Origin: Chrysochromulina tobinii | Taxonomy: Eukaryota | Assembly (NCBI GenBank): GCA_001275005.1 | Contig: JWZX01002415.1 | Span: forward strand, 1 to 34,267 | Direction: 5' to 3' | DNA: 34,267 nt | Shown here: piece by piece, positions 12,101 through 22,863 of the stretch | How positions within the stretch are numbered: position 1 is the first letter of the stretch | Layout of the letters: every line of letters begins with the position of its first letter | Notes under the pieces: model-generated | Told to the model about the DNA's origin: nothing | Database searches by the model: none | Seen by the model: the letters and a program-made list of their open reading frames with translations, nothing else | Translations under genes and position numbers: made by a program

Positions 12101-12139
12101 CACCGGGGGGAGCCGGGAAAAGAGCCGGGACACACACGG
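12101..12139. repeat. Dispersed motif copy 2, with an internal duplication of GAGCCGGGA
   Basis: CACCGGGGGGAGCCGGGA-AAA-GAGCCGGGACACACACGG matches 7387-7413. Confidence 0.75.
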
Positions 12140-12569
12140 AACATAAATAAACGTAACCGGTACTTCTACGTGCTGATGCTGTTCACACAACGCGCCGACG
12201 ACGTCTACATATAACATAAGATTGAGATCATTGTAGATTCAAGACGAGACACGGTAACCAAAAACCACGGAAAGTCATTCGTGTTTTGCGTCCGCTTGCC
12301 CCAGCCGTGCTTGGCACGTTTTTTGTGTCAATATTTCCAGCTCAGAACCCGCGCTCCTGAGGAGGGGCGGAGCGACGAGAGCTCCCCGAGCGTCCGCCAG
12401 CACGCACACAGCACATACACACACACTTTAAACACAGCACTCCGGGACAATCCATGTAAGTTGTAGCTGTTTGCAGAGGCCACGGCCGCCTTGAGCGTGC
12501 AGCCTCGTGCGAGGACCTCGTGCGGCGCCACCACGGCCGACTCTCACGCGCGCATGTGCGTGCTCGCGC

Positions 12570-12653
12570 TCAGAGGCCGCTCAGGATTCGTCAGAGGCCG
12601 CTCAGGATTCGTCAGAGGCCGCTCAGGATTCGTCAGAGGCCGCTCAGGATTCG
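12570..12653. repeat. Four exact copies of a 21-bp unit equal to the last six sense codons plus stop of ubiquilin (RILSGL*)
   Basis: TCAGAGGCCGCTCAGGATTCG starts at 12570, 12591, 12612 and 12633. Confidence 0.95.
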
Positions 12654-13445
12654 CTCGACGGCGGCGTTGACGTTTCCGCCGGTGGCGGTGAGCGCGCGCA
12701 GGTTGGCTTCTGCATCAAGGAAGCCCATGTCATGCAGCTGCGAGTTCTGCGAGGCGAACCTGACGGCAGGGTCGACGGGTGCGACGGGTGCTGCCGGGTT
12801 GCCCAGCATGCCTGTCGCCGCTGGGTTGCCCAGCATGCCTGCAAGCAGGTTGTTGACCATCGCGGGGTCGAAGGCGGCCGGGGCTCCTCCCACTGCCCCA
12901 GGAGGTGATGCCCCAGGAACAGCGGCGGCGGCGCCGGGCGCGGTGGGAGGCGGCGCCGGCAGTGCAAGCGGGCCGCCCATTAGGGCCTGCAGGACCGCCG
13001 GGTTCATGCCGCCCATGCCTGCCATGCCGCCCATGCCGCCGCCGCCCGCAGCACCCATCGCGGCCATCTGTCGTTGCATCATCATCTGGAGGAAGTTCGG
13101 GTCGGCCATCATCGCGCCCATGGCCTGTTGCATCGCCGGGTTGCGCATGATCGTCTGCATCGAGTTCATGAGCGCCTGTGGGTCGGCCCCGCCGGGCTGG
13201 TGCATCGCCATCATAGTCTGCTGCATGGAGGCCATCGCTTGAGGGTCGGTCATCATGGCCTGCATCATCTGCTGCACGCCCGGGTTCTGCATCATCTGCA
13301 TCATCACCTGTGGGTCCACCTGCATGCCGCCAAGGCCACCCATGGCACCGCCCATCATCGGATTGGCGAGCGGCATGCCCCCGGCGCCGCCGGCGCCGCC
13401 ACCCATGCCACCGCCCATCAGCGCCGCCATCATCGCTGGGTTCAT

Positions 13446-13477
<32 letters not shown>

Positions 13478-13478
13478 C

Positions 13479-13509
<31 letters not shown>

Positions 13510-13841
13510 GCGGCGGGACCACCCATGCCACCGGCGCCAAAGGCAGGCGCAGGAGGCGCAGCAGGCGCGGCAGCAGGCGCCCCCGCGGTCGGCACCGCCG
13601 GAGCGCCAGCAGGTGGAGGTCCCTTGACCATGTGAACCGTGTGGCCCTCCTGCACGTTGTACGACGCAACTGTCTCAGGGTCCTTGAGTACTTTTCCCGA
13701 GTAGATGAGGCGCTGCTGGATAGCAGGCACGCCGGAGGCCACCGCCACAACCTCCTTGAGCTCCTTGACCGTCTGTGTGGGTTCCACCTCGATTGCAATC
13801 GTCGAGCCCGACGCTATCTTGATTTGAAGCTTGAGCGGCAT
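12633..13841 (-). CDS. UBQLN: Ubiquilin/Dsk2-like UBL-STI1-UBA protein
   Basis: N-terminal UBL ([25 protein letters not shown]), M/Q-rich STI1-like repeats (MMQNP, MMADPN) and C-terminal UBA ([33 protein letters not shown]). Start taken at the ATG at 13841. Confidence 0.92.
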
Positions 13842-14149
13842 GGATAGGAGGGAGCGAGCGCAGAGAGACGTCTCGTCGGCTTCTGGAAGAAACTCGAGCT
13901 GTTTGTTCAGAACTATATTCACACTGTTGGCATCGCACGAAGGCCCCCCCTCTAATTAGCGAAAACCGGCGCTCCTATCCCCCTCTACGTCAGTCCTCTT
14001 GCGGCCATGTCAGCCGTGGCGCGCATGAAGCGAAGCATGCATGTGCATTTGTGAACAAAAATCCCAAAAGAGATCACACGTCTCGCCGCGGTCGAAAGAT
14101 CGCGACGAGAACCACACGACGCCTGTCTCTGAAGCTTTCTGCAGCCGAG

Positions 14150-15955
14150 ATGGCCTGGGATGGATTGGACTTCACGGACTCTCTCGACGACGAGTCTTCC
14201 GATGGCTTATCCGATGGCATGTTCGAAGCCACTGCCCACTTGCACGCCGAGCGCCACGACACCACGCCGTCGCCCAACCCCGTCGTCACCACAACATCGC
14301 CGATGGCGATGCCTCGGCCATCTTCACGGGGTGCTGCACCTCACATTGATGCTCCTGCGACCACTCCATCGAAGCGCCGCAAGCTCGTTGCCGCGGCAGC
14401 AAAACTGATGCTCACCGATGATGACGACGCAGACGATGAGGAAGACACCACTTCTCCACCCCTCGCCCAACGCAAGCCATCCCGTGCCTGCTCCCAGGTG
14501 CCAGTCGTCAGGTTTGCTTCTGAGCAGGCGCGGGCGACGCTCGAGAGAAGGGGTGTGAAGGTGGCACCAACGGGAGTGCGCAAGATACGCGTCGGAAGCC
14601 AGTACCAGGCAATCCTGCCGAGATACCTGCCGAGCCTGCCACTCTCCATGTTGGGCAGTCCGCCGACAGGTGGGTCGATGCCACGGATGCCAGCACCGGC
14701 ACCGGTACCAAAGGCGCAGCCTCGGCTGCTGCACGTGCTGTCGAGCGAGTCGACCATCTTTTCATCCTCGGCGACTCCGAGCCCGCGTCCTGACCACGAG
14801 GACATGCTTAGCGCGTTTGATGTCGCGGATCGGGGCCTTGTATCCGGCAGCATCGGCCGGGGCGCTGTCGCAGTCGTGAGCGGCGACGCCGGCTCGGGCA
14901 CGCACAAGCGGCCGCCCGGCGCGGCGCCCAAGGGTGCCAACGGGCTCAGAATGACGTGGAGCACGACCATCGGCAAGTGGCAAGAGAGCATCCACCTGCC
15001 TTCCGCTTCCCACGTGCCAGCTGCCGATTCCAAGAAGACGCTCGATCGGCTCCGGCGGTTCAACCAACCGCTCGACGACGCAGGCGAGCGCAAGGAGGAG
15101 CCGACTCTCATCCAGAACGGCGAGGTGTGCCGGATGCTCGCGGTGAGCGCGGCATGCCGAGTGCTCGGCGACCGGCACGCGCACGAACTGGACAGCGAAG
15201 ATGAGCTCGAGCTCCAGAGGGCTTGGAACACGGCCGCTGCTGCGTCCAGCATGCACAAAGAGGCCCGCCGCGTGGAGTCGTACTCGATCGTCGACGAGGA
15301 CGAGTCAGAGGAGTCGGACGAGCACGAGTCGGACGCGCTTCAGGTCACGCTCAAGGCGGAGCTGGACGTGGGTGGGGAGAGCGACGTTGAGAGTGACGTG
15401 CCTTCCACTGAGCCCTCCAACGACCTGCCCTCACGTGAGCGCGTCGTCAGTGCCGTCGACAGCGTCGCCGAAAGCAGGTGCGGCTCGCAGTGCGGCTCCG
15501 TACTGCTAGCTTCGCCGATGAGCACCCGCCTACACACCTGCCATGGGCCAGCGAGCCGTCCTCTTCAGGCTCCCTTTCACTCGGAGCTGCCGCTCGACCC
15601 CTCGCTCGATCCCACGGCACGCAAAGTGGCAGCGGTCTCGGCGGCTGCAGCACGCGCGGTGGCAAAGAGCACCGCGGCCATGCACACTGTGCAAGCCGTC
15701 AAGACTGTCGCCAAGACGGTTACCATGACGGTGGATAAGGGCGTGCAGACCGTGCCGCTCTCGTTGAGCCCGACGCCCGAGCCGCTCGAGTCTCGTTACG
15801 ACGAAGACTACCGGTACCAAGCCAGCCAAGTGCTCGGCCGCATCGAGGCAGCCCTCAGCGGGATGGTCGGCACACGCCTGTCGTCGCTCGCCCAACAACT
15901 GGAGGAGATCGAGAAGATGACTTTGACACGCGCGCATGGCCAACGGTCGATCTGA
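14150..15955 (+). CDS. Hypothetical low-complexity nuclear protein with an ELM2-like motif
   Basis: Long ORF containing KIRVGSQYQAILP (ELM2 N-terminal-like), a basic KRRK patch and acidic tracts. Start taken at the first in-frame ATG (14150). Confidence 0.6.
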   Translation: MAWDGLDFTDSLDDESSDGLSDGMFEATAHLHAERHDTTPSPNPVVTTTSPMAMPRPSSRGAAPHIDAPATTPSKRRKLVAAAAKLMLTDDDDADDEEDTTSPPLAQRKPSRACSQVPVVRFASEQARATLERRGVKVAPTGVRKIRVGSQYQAILPRYLPSLPLSMLGSPPTGGSMPRMPAPAPVPKAQPRLLHVLSSESTIFSSSATPSPRPDHEDMLSAFDVADRGLVSGSIGRGAVAVVSGDAGSGTHKRPPGAAPKGANGLRMTWSTTIGKWQESIHLPSASHVPAADSKKTLDRLRRFNQPLDDAGERKEEPTLIQNGEVCRMLAVSAACRVLGDRHAHELDSEDELELQRAWNTAAAASSMHKEARRVESYSIVDEDESEESDEHESDALQVTLKAELDVGGESDVESDVPSTEPSNDLPSRERVVSAVDSVAESRCGSQCGSVLLASPMSTRLHTCHGPASRPLQAPFHSELPLDPSLDPTARKVAAVSAAAARAVAKSTAAMHTVQAVKTVAKTVTMTVDKGVQTVPLSLSPTPEPLESRYDEDYRYQASQVLGRIEAALSGMVGTRLSSLAQQLEEIEKMTLTRAHGQRSI

Positions 15956-16861
15956 GGCCCCCGTGCACGGCCCCTACACGGCCCCTACACGGCCCCCGCG
16001 CCTCTCGTCTTCGGGGGCAGTGGGGTGGCATAGCCTCAACACGCAGCCTGCACGTCGCGTACCGTAGTTCTGCCACACATGGACGATGGAGCGTCAGTTG
16101 GAGTGTGCGCGAACGCACCGTCGGCTGAAATCAGTTGTACAGCCAACGAGCAACGAGAGTTAATGGACATGCGAATGCGGAATGGAAGAGGGGACGGGGC
16201 AGACGAGATGGACTGAGATTCGGATCAACAAGCGGCGCCGGGCGCGGCGCCCGGCGCCGGCGGCACTGAGAGTGTGCACTGTGGCAGCTGGAAGTGGAAC
16301 TCCGACTGGTTGTGGCCAATGCGCACGCCACGTGGTCGGATGTAAACAGTAGGAACGGAAGGGGGTCTGGGCTCCGTGCTGTGGCGCTATTGGCACCGCG
16401 CCGCGCCGCGTGCCTGCTGTCTCCGCACCCCGATCCCGCGCCTGATGTCTTACGGTGCGACCCGGTGTGTCCTGGTTCACCTGCGTTGGCGTGCCGGTGA
16501 GCTGCACTTCATGGACATGGTCCATGCGATGCACTCCATGGCGGAGGTGACGAGAAAGGTTAAGGTAATAAGTTTAATAGACTCCTCCGTCTACAATGAA
16601 GAATTACCTCGCGACCCTCGTGCCAGCCTAATTGTAATATTGTATCCTAATCGGCATCGGCTAATGATTGAATGCGGCCATTCTCGTCGGTCTGAGACTA
16701 CGTGGTCGCGCGCCGATCCACACGAGCTGCAGTGACTCATTGAGCACGCGGCCGCGAGTCAGAGCAACAAGAATCAGCGCTGGCTGTCGACACGTAATCA
16801 GAGATCATCATCATGGCATGAGCTCGGTTACTTCAGAGCTCGGTTTCGTGAGCGCTGATCA

Positions 16862-19800
16862 TCACACGTGGTCAAGTGATGCGCGGTTCGCCGCGGAGTT
16901 GCCTTGCGCCCCTACGCCCAATGCATTTCCCCACAGGAGTCCACGAGTGCGGGAGGGCTTGGATGGGTCGGGTGAGCCGCCCGAGGGCTTCTCACGCTCG
17001 AGCCGCGCGTGCAGCGTCGCAACGGCGGCGCGCAGGTCAGCGTCGGTCGGGCCGTGGGGACGTGGGGCTAGGAGCCCCTCGACACGCTCCATCTGCTGCC
17101 CCAAGCGTTCGTCCAGCGCGCTCAGCTGCGCCTCGACGCGCTTGAGCAGCGCCTGAGGGGTGGCGCCCGCTGCGTCGGTGCCCGCTCGGTCATGGAGCAG
17201 GAAGCGCTGCACGTACCTGTGGGAAGGGAGGCGCCGTGGTGAGCACATGCATGCTGTGGGCGCCCGCGGTCATGGAGCAGGAAGCGCTGCACGTACTTTT
17301 TGGAGACGGGGGTGCGCGAGATACGCTGGTTGAGCGGGCGCGCGGCCGCGAGCTTGTGCAGCTTCTCGACGCCGAGCTCGGCGAGGGAGATGTCCGTCCG
17401 GCACATGTAGCGCCGGAGCGCGGCGCCGATCTCAGCGAGGAGTTTCGTCAGGAGCAGCGGCAGCGAGAAGGGAGGCGGGATGGCGGCGATGACGTGGTTG
17501 TGCTCAAAGATGGGCAGGAAGCGCTGGTAGTGGTACTCGACTTCGGCATTGCCCTTGATGCGCGCGTACGTGTCGGCAAACATGGCGATCAATAGGTTGA
17601 CGAGCACCACGTTGATGACCATCATCAGCACATACATGAGCGGCAGGGCAAAGGGGATCGACGAGAATCGTTCGGTCTCGAGGTCGGTGAACATGGCCCA
17701 GAGCGGCAGTGCGAGCAGCGGCAGCGAGCCGTCCGCATCCGCTTCGTCATCTGCGCCCGTGCCACGTAGCATGCGTCCGAGGGCAGCGGCGGAAGACGCC
17801 TTAGAGGCGGCGAGGATGGAGGCGATGGAGTCGGAGGTGATGGGGGTGAGGGGGGTGAGGGGGGTGGTGCCCGCGGCAGGCGACCCGACGAGCAGAGGCG
17901 CAGGATCGTCGTTGGAACCCCACAGCCAGTTCCACAGCATGGTCGTCGGCTCGTCGGAGAGCCGATGCGTCGAGGTCTCGGAGAGGCCGAGAAGGGCACC
18001 GCTGAAGCCCAGCAAGATGACTGCAAAGAAGACGAGGAAGAGGGAGAGGTCGACCAGCATCTGCTCCATGATGATCGTGAGCACACCAAAAGAGAGCGAC
18101 GGCCACCTGTGGGGAGGGGAGGGCGACGTGGTGAGCACTTGCATGCCGAGCCGTGGTGCAGCAGGGTTCAAACGAGAGCGACGGCCACATGAAATTGAAG
18201 AGCTCGATGCTGATGGGCACCGCGTCCATTGACACGAGGGTCTGGTAGAGCAGATAGCACGAGTGCTGTAGCGGCAGCGCCACGTCCGCATACTCACTCG
18301 GCACCGGCGCGACCGAAAGGAGACGCACCCCGATCGCCAGCGCCAGGAGCGCATACGCAAATTGCACGATGCCCTGGACAGGCATCGTGGCCGTCAGTCC
18401 GAAGCCGCGCATGCTCACGTGCAGATGCCACTGCTCGAGCCCCAGGGTGAGAGACCACACGATGAAGAGCCCCTCGGTTGGGTTGAGAGGCGGCAGCGAG
18501 AGGCCCGCGTCGCCGGCCGCGAGGGTCGCGAGCTGGTCGGCAGTGAGCAGGTGCGTGAGCTCATACGCATACAGCGCGAGGAAGGCGAGTTGCCAGAGCG
18601 CCCGCACCCAGAACTTGACCAGAGGCACCCTATAGAACGACACGAAGGCCGATGGAGGTTGGGCGCCTGCCGGCAACTCTGCGTTCAAGAGAATGATCCG
18701 GCGCGCTCCCCGAGGTGTGCCGAGGTGCATGCTGCCCTTGGTCTGTGCTCGGCGCACGCGCGCGGCCACCCAGGAGGCATCCTGGGCGACGATGTCCATG
18801 CCCTCGAGATGATGCACTGCGCCCTCGGCCTTGGGCTCCGAACTGTCCTCCAGCATGTCATTCATGCTCTTCGTGCGCACCGTGAAGAGACTCTGGTGCT
18901 TCAATGCATCGGGTTTGTCGGGCGAGGAGACGCTGTTCGCCGTCTTGGCGCGCGCGACTGTGGAAGCCATCTTAAGGTTCGCCGAGCCCTTGGCCGCAGA
19001 TCGCTCTCGGGAAGAGAGGCGCAGCGCCTGCGCGAGCGCCCCGTAGAGCAGATCCTCGAGCTGCGCGGTCGTGCGCACGTTCTTCATGTCTTTGTGGTCC
19101 TCCGCCATCTGGAGGTACGGGTTGAGGAAGGGCAGCACGATGTACGCACAGAGCGAGAAGGCGTTCTGGTCGGCCGAGAGCAGGCAGAACGAGCCTGGGT
19201 AGCCGCCACGCCACCACAGGTCCATGAGAGACTGGCAATGCCGGTGCGCCAAAAAGTTCTTGCGCTCCATGTGAAGAGCGAGCTCGACGAGCGCTCCCAT
19301 ATGCCATTCGGGCACGTTCTGCGACAGGATGACGTGCGCGACCTCCTGAGGCTCAACACCACCCTCGAGCATGCAGGTGGGTCAGCATGCAATGCGAATG
19401 CGGGAGGGCCATCAACCTGCCATCAGTCGCAATCAGCATGCAACGCGAATGCGGGAGGGCCATCAACCTGCCATCCGTCGCAATCCCACCTGCTCCTCGA
19501 CACCGTCGAGCACGGAGATGGCCCAGCGCTCCAGAGTCTCATGTGCCTCTTTGACCTTCGCCTTGCCCCAGCTCACCTTGCCGTGCATCTTCTGCAGCAG
19601 GTGGCTCGCGATCAGCGCGCAGTGTAGCGGGTTCTCCACGTGCGCCCAAAGTTCACGTGCCAGGTGCACGTTGCCCATGAAGACTGCCCAGAAGAACAAA
19701 TCGACCTCCGACGCGCGCCGCTGATGCGAGACTGCCGCGTAGAGCAGGGGCGAGGCCGAGCGCAAAAAGGGGCCTACTACCTCGAGGTAGAGCGAGTAGC

Positions 19801-22800
19801 TCAGGTTGCGTGCGACCGAGCCGTCAGCGAGTCGCTGATCGAGACGCTCTTGGAGCTCAACGTCGGCGCGCAGAAAGTTGTACGGGTCTTCCTGCAGGTA
19901 CAGCTGGCACAGGTTGACCTGTGGATGGATGGAGAAGCCATGTGAAAGGCAATTAAGGCGTATGGTGGCGTATGGAGGCGTATGAAGGCGTATGGAGCAA
20001 TCGGAGGCCATTCGAGACCATTCGAGATCATTCGAGATCATCCGAGATCATCAGAGGTCATCAGTGGCCATCAGAGCCAGTTCGAGGCCATCAGCGGTCA
20101 TCAGAGGCCATCAGAGGGCCACCAGATGCCATCAGAGGTCGTCAGAGGCCAACATAGCCAATTCGAGGCAAATTGCGTACCTGGTCGATCTTGGAGCCCG
20201 GTCGCTCGAGCAGCAGCTTGACAATCTCTGTGTTCTGGTACTCGAGCGCATGCTGGAGCATCTTGCGCAGCGGGCGCGAGTAATCCTCGGTGGACGGCAG
20301 CTCCATGAGCATGCGGCGCGCGAAATCGGGCTGCGGAAGAGGGGAGGAGACAAAGCTCATCAGAGGCACTCCGAGGTACTCCGAGGCACTCCGAGGCACT
20401 CAATGATAGTCCAGGGCCATCCAGGGCCATCCAGGGCCATCCAGGGCCATCCAGGGCCATCCAGGGCCATCCAGGGCCATTCAGGGCCATTCAGGGCACG
20501 CACCTGGTTCCATTTGACGGCAAGCAGCAGCGCGCGTTGCATATGGTCATGCCGACGACTCTCATTCTTCTCAGCGAGCTGCACGACGCGAACGAGCTTG
20601 GTGGTGCTGAGCGATGACGGTGTCGGTGCACTACGCGACGCTTTCATAGACGAACCCTGAGTCGCCGAGCCGTCGAAGAAGGATGCATGCTCGAGGTCAG
20701 CATGCAATGAGGGAGGGCCATCAGCATGCAATCAGTCGCCATCACACCTGCTCGAGGGCGTGATCGCCCGAGCTCTGGTAGAACATGAGGTTGCGGAAGA
20801 GGCAGCGGAGCAGCGCCGTGGCCATCGTCTCATCCGTGGCCTCATCCGCGAGCTGAAGGCAGGAGAGCAGCGTGCCATTTGTCAGAGACCATTAAAGACC
20901 ATCGGAGGCCATCAGAGGCACTCATCAGAGGCCATCAGAAGGCAATCATCAGAGACCTTCAGAGGCAATCCTCAAAGGCAATCATCAGAGGCCACCAGAG
21001 GCACTCGGCGTGCCTGAAAGAAGGAGAGGAGGGTGCCCTCCCGCGCCTCGTTCATCTGACGCAGCGTCTCAAGCTTCGCCTCCGACTCGAGAAAGGCGCC
21101 GTCTTGAACGCTCCCAATCCCGCGCTCGCAGTACTGCCAGAGCGCCGTAGCCGCGCCGCCACTGTCCGCGAGCACGAGGAGGGGCGAGCCCTGCTCGGCC
21201 GACGCAAGCATCATGTCGAGGGTGCCCGGGCCGCCCTGCACTACGAGCAGCACGACGGGCACGCCCTTCATCTTCGCGTACGTGTGCTCGAGATCGGCTC
21301 GCATCTTCACCTGAGGAGGGAGGCAATCAGCATGCACTCAGAGACGCAATCAGCAATGCAATCAGGCACGGGGAGCTCGAGATCGGCTCGCATCTTCACC
21401 TGAGGAGGGAGGCAATCAGTAATGCACTCTGAGACGCAATCAGCAATGCAATCAGGCACGGGGAGCTCGAGATCGGCTCGCATCTTCACCTGAGGAGGGA
21501 GGCAATCAGCATGCACTCTGAGACGCAATCAGTGGCGTCATCAGCGGCGGCACTCGAGAGAGGTCTTCACCTCATGTCCCCAAGCGATGGAACCCTCATC
21601 GTATTGCCGGTGGCCGTCGACGAGGATCTGGTGCGTGTGGTACGGATTGAGGCGCGCTGCGTGCGGGCCGCTCTGGCCGCCGGCGCGATACACGCGCGTG
21701 TCGCCCTTGCAGCCGTGCATGCCCTGTCTGCCCAACACGGCGCCCCAGGGGGCGACCCCGACTAAGGGAACGTCGAGACCATACTTATGTATCGCCTCGC
21801 CCACGAGCTTCATCACGCCGCTGTCCGTGCCGCCGGTGAAGATCCACGCGTTGGTCATCGCGGCCGCCGTCGCGAGGCCGCGGTCGAAGACGCGCTGCAG
21901 GTTGGCGGTGAGGGTCAGGGTCGCTGCAGATCCCGTCACCGAGATGAGCACGTCAGGGCGCGGCAGCCGCCAAAACTTTTCGAGGAAGTGTGAGAGCGCC
22001 GCGCACGACGTCGTGTCTGAGACGCGGATGAAGCGCGCCACGCGTGAGCCCGACAGGAACGAGACCATCCCAAAATCGGACATGGAACCGTCCTTGTTGG
22101 CGAACATCATCGGACCGTACGCCGCGTACATCGCACTGTGCTGCCGGTACCATCGCTGAATCTTGAGGCACGCGCGGTCGCGCCTGGACGCATCCGGCTT
22201 CTCGAGCTTGGCGCTCAGCTCTTTGATGGTCTTCCCACGCTTGACCGCCGCCGCCGCAGTCTTTAGGATCGTGCTCGAGCTCCTCGGAGATTGGCTGGAG
22301 ATGCTGCATCTCGGATTGGCTGACGCCGCAGACGACGCACCGGCAGACGACGCACCGGCAGACGACGCACCGATCGGTGGCCGCGACGGCTGCGGCTGCT
22401 GCAGTGCAGCCGCGGACGCGCACGTCGGCACTGAAGTGGGCGCAGTAGATGGCACGCACGCTGACTTGTCTGAACGAGCCCCGAAGCCGAACGAGGCCGA
22501 ACGAGGCCCGGGAGTGGCAGTAGCAGCAGCGGCGGCAGGAGCGGCCACAGGCTTCGGCGGCTCGGGCTCCGGCTGCCGAGGCTCGTCCGCGAAACGCACG
22601 TACGAGCTGCAGCCCATGGCGCGGCCGAGGGTCCCAGGCAAGAGACGGCTAAATGGTTCTGAAGCCAATGACGAGGCGCAAGCTGGCCTGTGGGCAGGCC
22701 CGGGTGTTGCCGTAGGCGGCGAAGGTGCCGGAAGCGGCTCTGGCTGCAGAGGCTCGTCCGTGAGTCGCTCGTATGGCATGGAACCGATGGCGCGGCCGAG

Positions 22801-22863
22801 GGTGCCAGGCTCGAGACGGCTAAAGGGCTCCAAGTCGTCGCTCCACCTCGCTTTGCGACTCAT
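16862..22863 (-). CDS. TRPM-family cation channel, 9 exons. Introns at about 21311-21570, 20853-21013 (GC-AG), 20690-20747, 20331-20503, 19919-20180, 19346-19489, 18107-18188, 17217-17296
   Basis: SLOG/MHR motifs WRLPRPDVLISVTGSA, AWIFTGGTDSGVMKLVGEA, LNPYHTHQILVDG and VPVVLLVVQGGPGT. Also LFFWAV..LARELW, FLAHRHCQSLMDLWWRG, FYRVPLVKF, and S6/TRP region NVVLVNLLIAMFADTY with IPPPFSL. Joining at the listed splice sites gives a continuous frame. The intron 3 acceptor (GAG) and the start codon are less certain. Confidence 0.88.
19957..20170. repeat. Degenerate about 10-nt intronic repeats (CGTATGGAGG, CATTCGAGAT, CATCAGAGGC types)
   Basis: They fill most of TRPM intron 19919-20180. Confidence 0.85.
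20411..20497. repeat. (CCAGGGCCAT)7 plus variant copies, intronic minisatellite
   Basis: Seven exact 10-mers at 20411-20480 inside intron 20331-20503. Confidence 0.95.
21286..21533. repeat. Tandem 89-90 bp units, each containing a splice acceptor and the first 25 nt of the next exon
   Basis: Minus-strand CCTCCCTCCTCAG|GTGAAGATGCGAGCCGATCTCGAGC occurs three times, with junctions at 21490, 21400 and 21311. Confidence 0.92.

Noticed and set aside
12570..12653. CRISPR-like array
   Set aside because: The repeats are contiguous with no spacers, the unit is the gene's own 3' end, and the context is eukaryotic.
16233..16259. 27-bp GC-only palindrome
   Set aside because: Low complexity in a GC-rich genome, with no flanking structure supporting a MITE or RNA gene.
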